Below are positions 31,481 to 34,322 of a stretch of 34,322 bases of DNA, piece by piece; positions within the stretch are counted from its first letter, which is position 1, and every line of letters begins with the position of its first letter. Under the pieces are notes generated by a model. The model searched no databases and had not been told where the DNA came from. It was given only the letters and a program-made list of their open reading frames with translations. Both the position numbers and the translations under genes were made by a program. This DNA is from an uncultured Dehalococcoidia bacterium (GTDB lineage: Bacteria; Chloroflexota; Dehalococcoidia; Lucifugimonadales; UBA3495), in NCBI GenBank assembly GCA_950072105.1, contig CATMOE010000041.1, forward strand, positions 1 through 34,322. Direction: 5' to 3'.

Positions 31481-32917
31481 CTAGAGTTGCGCTCCGGGGG
31501 CCAATCGTTGATGCCAAGAAGTGGCTTGCTCATAAGCGTGCGCCGCCCTCAAAAGCGTCTCCTCAGCGAACGGCCGGGCCCCCAATTGCAGCCCGATGGG
31601 CAGATTATCCGAGGTGAATCCCCCCGGAAGCGAAATAGCGGGAAGGGCGGCCAGGGGATAACAACCGGTGTAGGAACGCCGGACGAAAAACCGGCTCCGA
31701 ACGTCATCGGCATTTTCGAAGGTGGCGGTCAGGTCCGTGTGCTTGGGGGCGGGGTAGGGAGCGGTGGCCGAGACCAGGATATCCACTTGGTCCAGAACCT
31801 CCATCATCTGCCGGCGGAGCAAAACCCTGGCCTTGGCTGCACGGTTGTAGACTTTGGCGGGCACCAACGCCGCAGATTGCAGACGGGTCCTGGAGGCCCG
31901 GTCCAAGTCTTCGGGCCGGGTACGCAATATCTCATCACGAGCGCCAGCCCCCTCGGTGTCGGCGATTCCCACGAAGATTGCTCCGGCTTTGGTTATTAAA
32001 GGAATTGACACTTCTCGCACCTGGCAGCCCAGGCTCCGAAACATCTCTAGCGCGGCTTCTATCGCGCCTTTGACTTCTGGATGGACATCTTCGGTTTCGT
32101 GTAATTCCCGGATCAGACCCACCCGCAACCCGCTGATCCCCTGCCCTAGATGGGCGGTGTAATCTGGGACAGGTCTCCGGCTGGTATAGGGGTCGTTGGG
32201 GTCGTAACCGGCAATGGTCCCCAATAGCAACGCACAGTCCTCCACCGTCTTGGTCATGGGCGCGGCGGCGTCCAAGAACCAGCACATGGGAGTCATGCCG
32301 TGACGGGTTATTCGAGTGAATGTTGGGCGAAGTCCTACTACGCCGCAATAAGACGCCGGACCGCGGCCCGAACCGCCGGTGTCTTCACCCATCGAGGCCG
32401 CGCATAGATGAGCGGCCAAAGCCACACCGGACCCGGAGCTGGATTCTCCCGGCGTCCTCTCCAGGTCCCATGGATTGCCTGGGGTCCCCCAAGGCGGTTT
32501 CTCGGTTCCTCCCATAGCCAATTCACTCATATTGAGCTTACCCAGGAGAATGCCCCCGGCTTGTTTGATCCTGGATATCACCGTGGCATCCTCGGTGGGG
32601 ACGAAATCTTGGTACACCTTGGATCCGTTGGTGGTCAATATGCCGGCGGTTTGGTACTGGTCCTTCACCGCCACCGGGACACCGGCTAACGGCCCCGCCG
32701 TTCCGCCCTTGGCTAAGTCACTGTCCAAGCGCCCTGCGGCTGCCAGGGCCTCTTCCCGGCAGACAGTGATGTACGCTTTCAAGGTTGGGTCCAGCTTGTC
32801 GATACGCTCAAGATATGCTTGAACGGCCTCCACTGATGAGACTTGTTTGGCTCGAATCGCCGACGCCGTGGCGGCCGCCGACAGGAATGGAACGTTCAAA
32901 TCGTTGTTCGCGGTCAA
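31481..32917 (-). CDS. Amidase signature family protein (GatA paralogue)
   Basis: GVPVAVKD, GKLNMSE, PGESSSGS, DTGGSGRGPA (Ser-cisSer-Lys triad); GGAGGA RBS with TTG start. Confidence 0.9.
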   Translation of the reverse strand: MTANNDLNVPFLSAAATASAIRAKQVSSVEAVQAYLERIDKLDPTLKAYITVCREEALAAAGRLDSDLAKGGTAGPLAGVPVAVKDQYQTAGILTTNGSKVYQDFVPTEDATVISRIKQAGGILLGKLNMSELAMGGTEKPPWGTPGNPWDLERTPGESSSGSGVALAAHLCAASMGEDTGGSGRGPASYCGVVGLRPTFTRITRHGMTPMCWFLDAAAPMTKTVEDCALLLGTIAGYDPNDPYTSRRPVPDYTAHLGQGISGLRVGLIRELHETEDVHPEVKGAIEAALEMFRSLGCQVREVSIPLITKAGAIFVGIADTEGAGARDEILRTRPEDLDRASRTRLQSAALVPAKVYNRAAKARVLLRRQMMEVLDQVDILVSATAPYPAPKHTDLTATFENADDVRSRFFVRRSYTGCYPLAALPAISLPGGFTSDNLPIGLQLGARPFAEETLLRAAHAYEQATSWHQRLAPGAQL

Positions 32918-33090
32918 CTTTTTGATCCTCCCTGAATTGTGACGGATTTACTGGATCTGGGCTGACGGGCTGGCTTTTGCGTATCTACGCAGTTCATCGT
33001 AAAGTTGGCAGCTAAGTTATGAGGGGCAATTCCCAGCGCCGGTGGTGTCATGATTCCTCTTCCCACGCCTTGGAGCGGTTATGAGTGGAG

Positions 33091-33285
33091 TCAAGCGTCT
33101 GGTCCGTCTTCATCAGGAAACACTGACACGGGCTGGATATCGGCCAGGTCCATCTCGGTTAAACCGTTTAGCTCGGTCATTAGGCTTAAGAACCGGTTGG
33201 CCACCTCCGGCAGGTCCTCTTCTGAAATTGAAATACCCACCAACATAGCCAATCCCCGAACTTGGTCTGTCATTGATTCGGTCAT
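33091..33285 (-). CDS. Small GatC-like acidic protein
   Basis: VRGLAMLVGISISEEDL...LTEMDLADIQP matches the GatC pattern; upstream of the amidase; purine-rich RBS before ATG 33285. Confidence 0.7.
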   Translation of the reverse strand: MTESMTDQVRGLAMLVGISISEEDLPEVANRFLSLMTELNGLTEMDLADIQPVSVFPDEDGPDA

Positions 33286-33864
33286 ATTTTTCTCCCTTCC
33301 ATTTTTTAATATAACCATGAGGCTTTTATGTGTAAAGCAGGGATTGACTATCGGGCGAAATCGTGAATTGACATAACATCATCCCTCTGGTGGGTAAATT
33401 GACTGGTTACACGGCAAGAATCGTAGGGGAATCGAAAGATATCTTGATAGAAGGCGACCGATACTATTTGATGCATTTTTGAGCCTGCAATCCGTTTGAC
33501 AAACCGGCCACCCGCCGTTAACATGCCCGGGTTTGCTCGTACCGGGTGACCGTTAAAGCTGTATCTGGTTGGGATGGGAGGGTCATATTCGTGCACGAAA
33601 TAGGGATTTTTCGGGTGGAAGGAAGACGTTTTCCTGATCGCATCGATATGTAATGGCGCAAGCGGGAATCTTTCACTACACCGATCGCAACGAAGCCGAA
33701 AGCATTCTTTCCATTGTGAGCTTTAGCTGGCTTCGTTTTAACATCCACGGCCACGGCTCCGTGGTCATCTTCAGGGTTTGAGCCTCAGTCCGGCACGTAT
33801 GAGCTTCCTCCGCCAGAACTTGCCCTCGCTCAACCCGCTAATCAGAATTATCCAAAGTAAATAT

Positions 33865-34107
33865 ATGAGAACAGAGCTGAAGTCGAAAATTCATAGTGCC
33901 TTTGTTACCGGCGCGAATCCAGATGATGTCGGGAGGAGTTGCCGTGCAGAGTTGGCCGCACAATCAGTTGACGATGGCGATCGCATTATCATCATGGCCG
34001 TTGATCTCACCACCGATCCCATTGAGCCCAAGATGATATTGGTCGAGGCAAAGAACAATTACGTTGAGCGCCTTGAAGGAGTTAGACATGTCCAACAAAT
34101 TCACTGA
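33865..34107 (+). pseudogene. panD: Internally deleted aspartate 1-decarboxylase (PanD-like)
   Basis: MRTELKSKIH..VT.A...VG N-terminus and GDRIIIMA..PKMILV..NN C-terminus are present; the central catalytic region is missing. Confidence 0.7.
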
Positions 34108-34322
34108 AACAGATACCGAGTCCTACTACGATTCCGAGGACAGTATCTACCGGGCCGTTTGGGACGAGGACGGCAGCGTTCACTGGGGCGTATTTGACCA
34201 GAGTACCGGTGAAGATTTTCTCAAAGCTTCCGCCAATCTCAACCGCATAATGGTTAACAAAGGGCTCATCGACGAAGACGCAAGTGTTTTGGACTTGGGG
34301 TGCGGTAACGGGACTACAGCCA
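34088..34322 (+). CDS. Class I SAM-dependent methyltransferase (3' truncated by window edge)
   Basis: AAGGAG RBS; MSNKFTETDTESYYDSEDSIYRAVWDEDGSVHWGVF...VLDLGCGNG (motif I); not in the ORF track. Confidence 0.88.
   Translation, partial: MSNKFTETDTESYYDSEDSIYRAVWDEDGSVHWGVFDQSTGEDFLKASANLNRIMVNKGLIDEDASVLDLGCGNGTTA

Noticed and set aside
31481..32917. Calling the amidase gatA
   Set aside because: Signature loops diverge from GatA and it lacks the typical GatA EVKRRI-type segment
32914..33051. 45-aa minus-strand ORF between the GatC-like gene and the amidase
   Set aside because: RBS spacing is too short and the composition is unconvincing; cannot be supported without homologues
33348..33780. 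Overlapping minus-strand ORFs, one frame with CDRC, as a possible frameshifted pseudogene
   Set aside because: No recognisable family and no start signals

Overview
Moderately GC-rich bacterial chromosomal segment. Gene content and style suggest Chloroflexota/Dehalococcoidia (SAR202-like), which is an inference. Most of it is housekeeping: TPP-dependent E1 alpha/beta, SAM hydrolase, secG, gatB, sucCD, hflKC, ftsH, rhodanese, amtB, glnA, a metalloprotease lipoprotein, pth, ligA, an MFS transporter, PGI/PMI, yvcK, an aminotransferase, an amidase with a GatC-like partner, a degenerate panD and a truncated methyltransferase. I see no CRISPR array, tRNA, rRNA or intact mobile element. Three things stand out. 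(1) The amtB-glnA nitrogen locus has no PII gene. In its place sits an unannotated, self-contained 26-aa membrane microprotein gene, and both it and amtB are preceded by GTAAC-type boxes phased at exactly 11 bp. (2) HflK carries a ~205-aa insertion made of two tandem Asp/Gly-rich repeats. (3) A ~200-nt structured RNA upstream of yvcK is bounded by a near-consensus sigma70 promoter and an intrinsic terminator.
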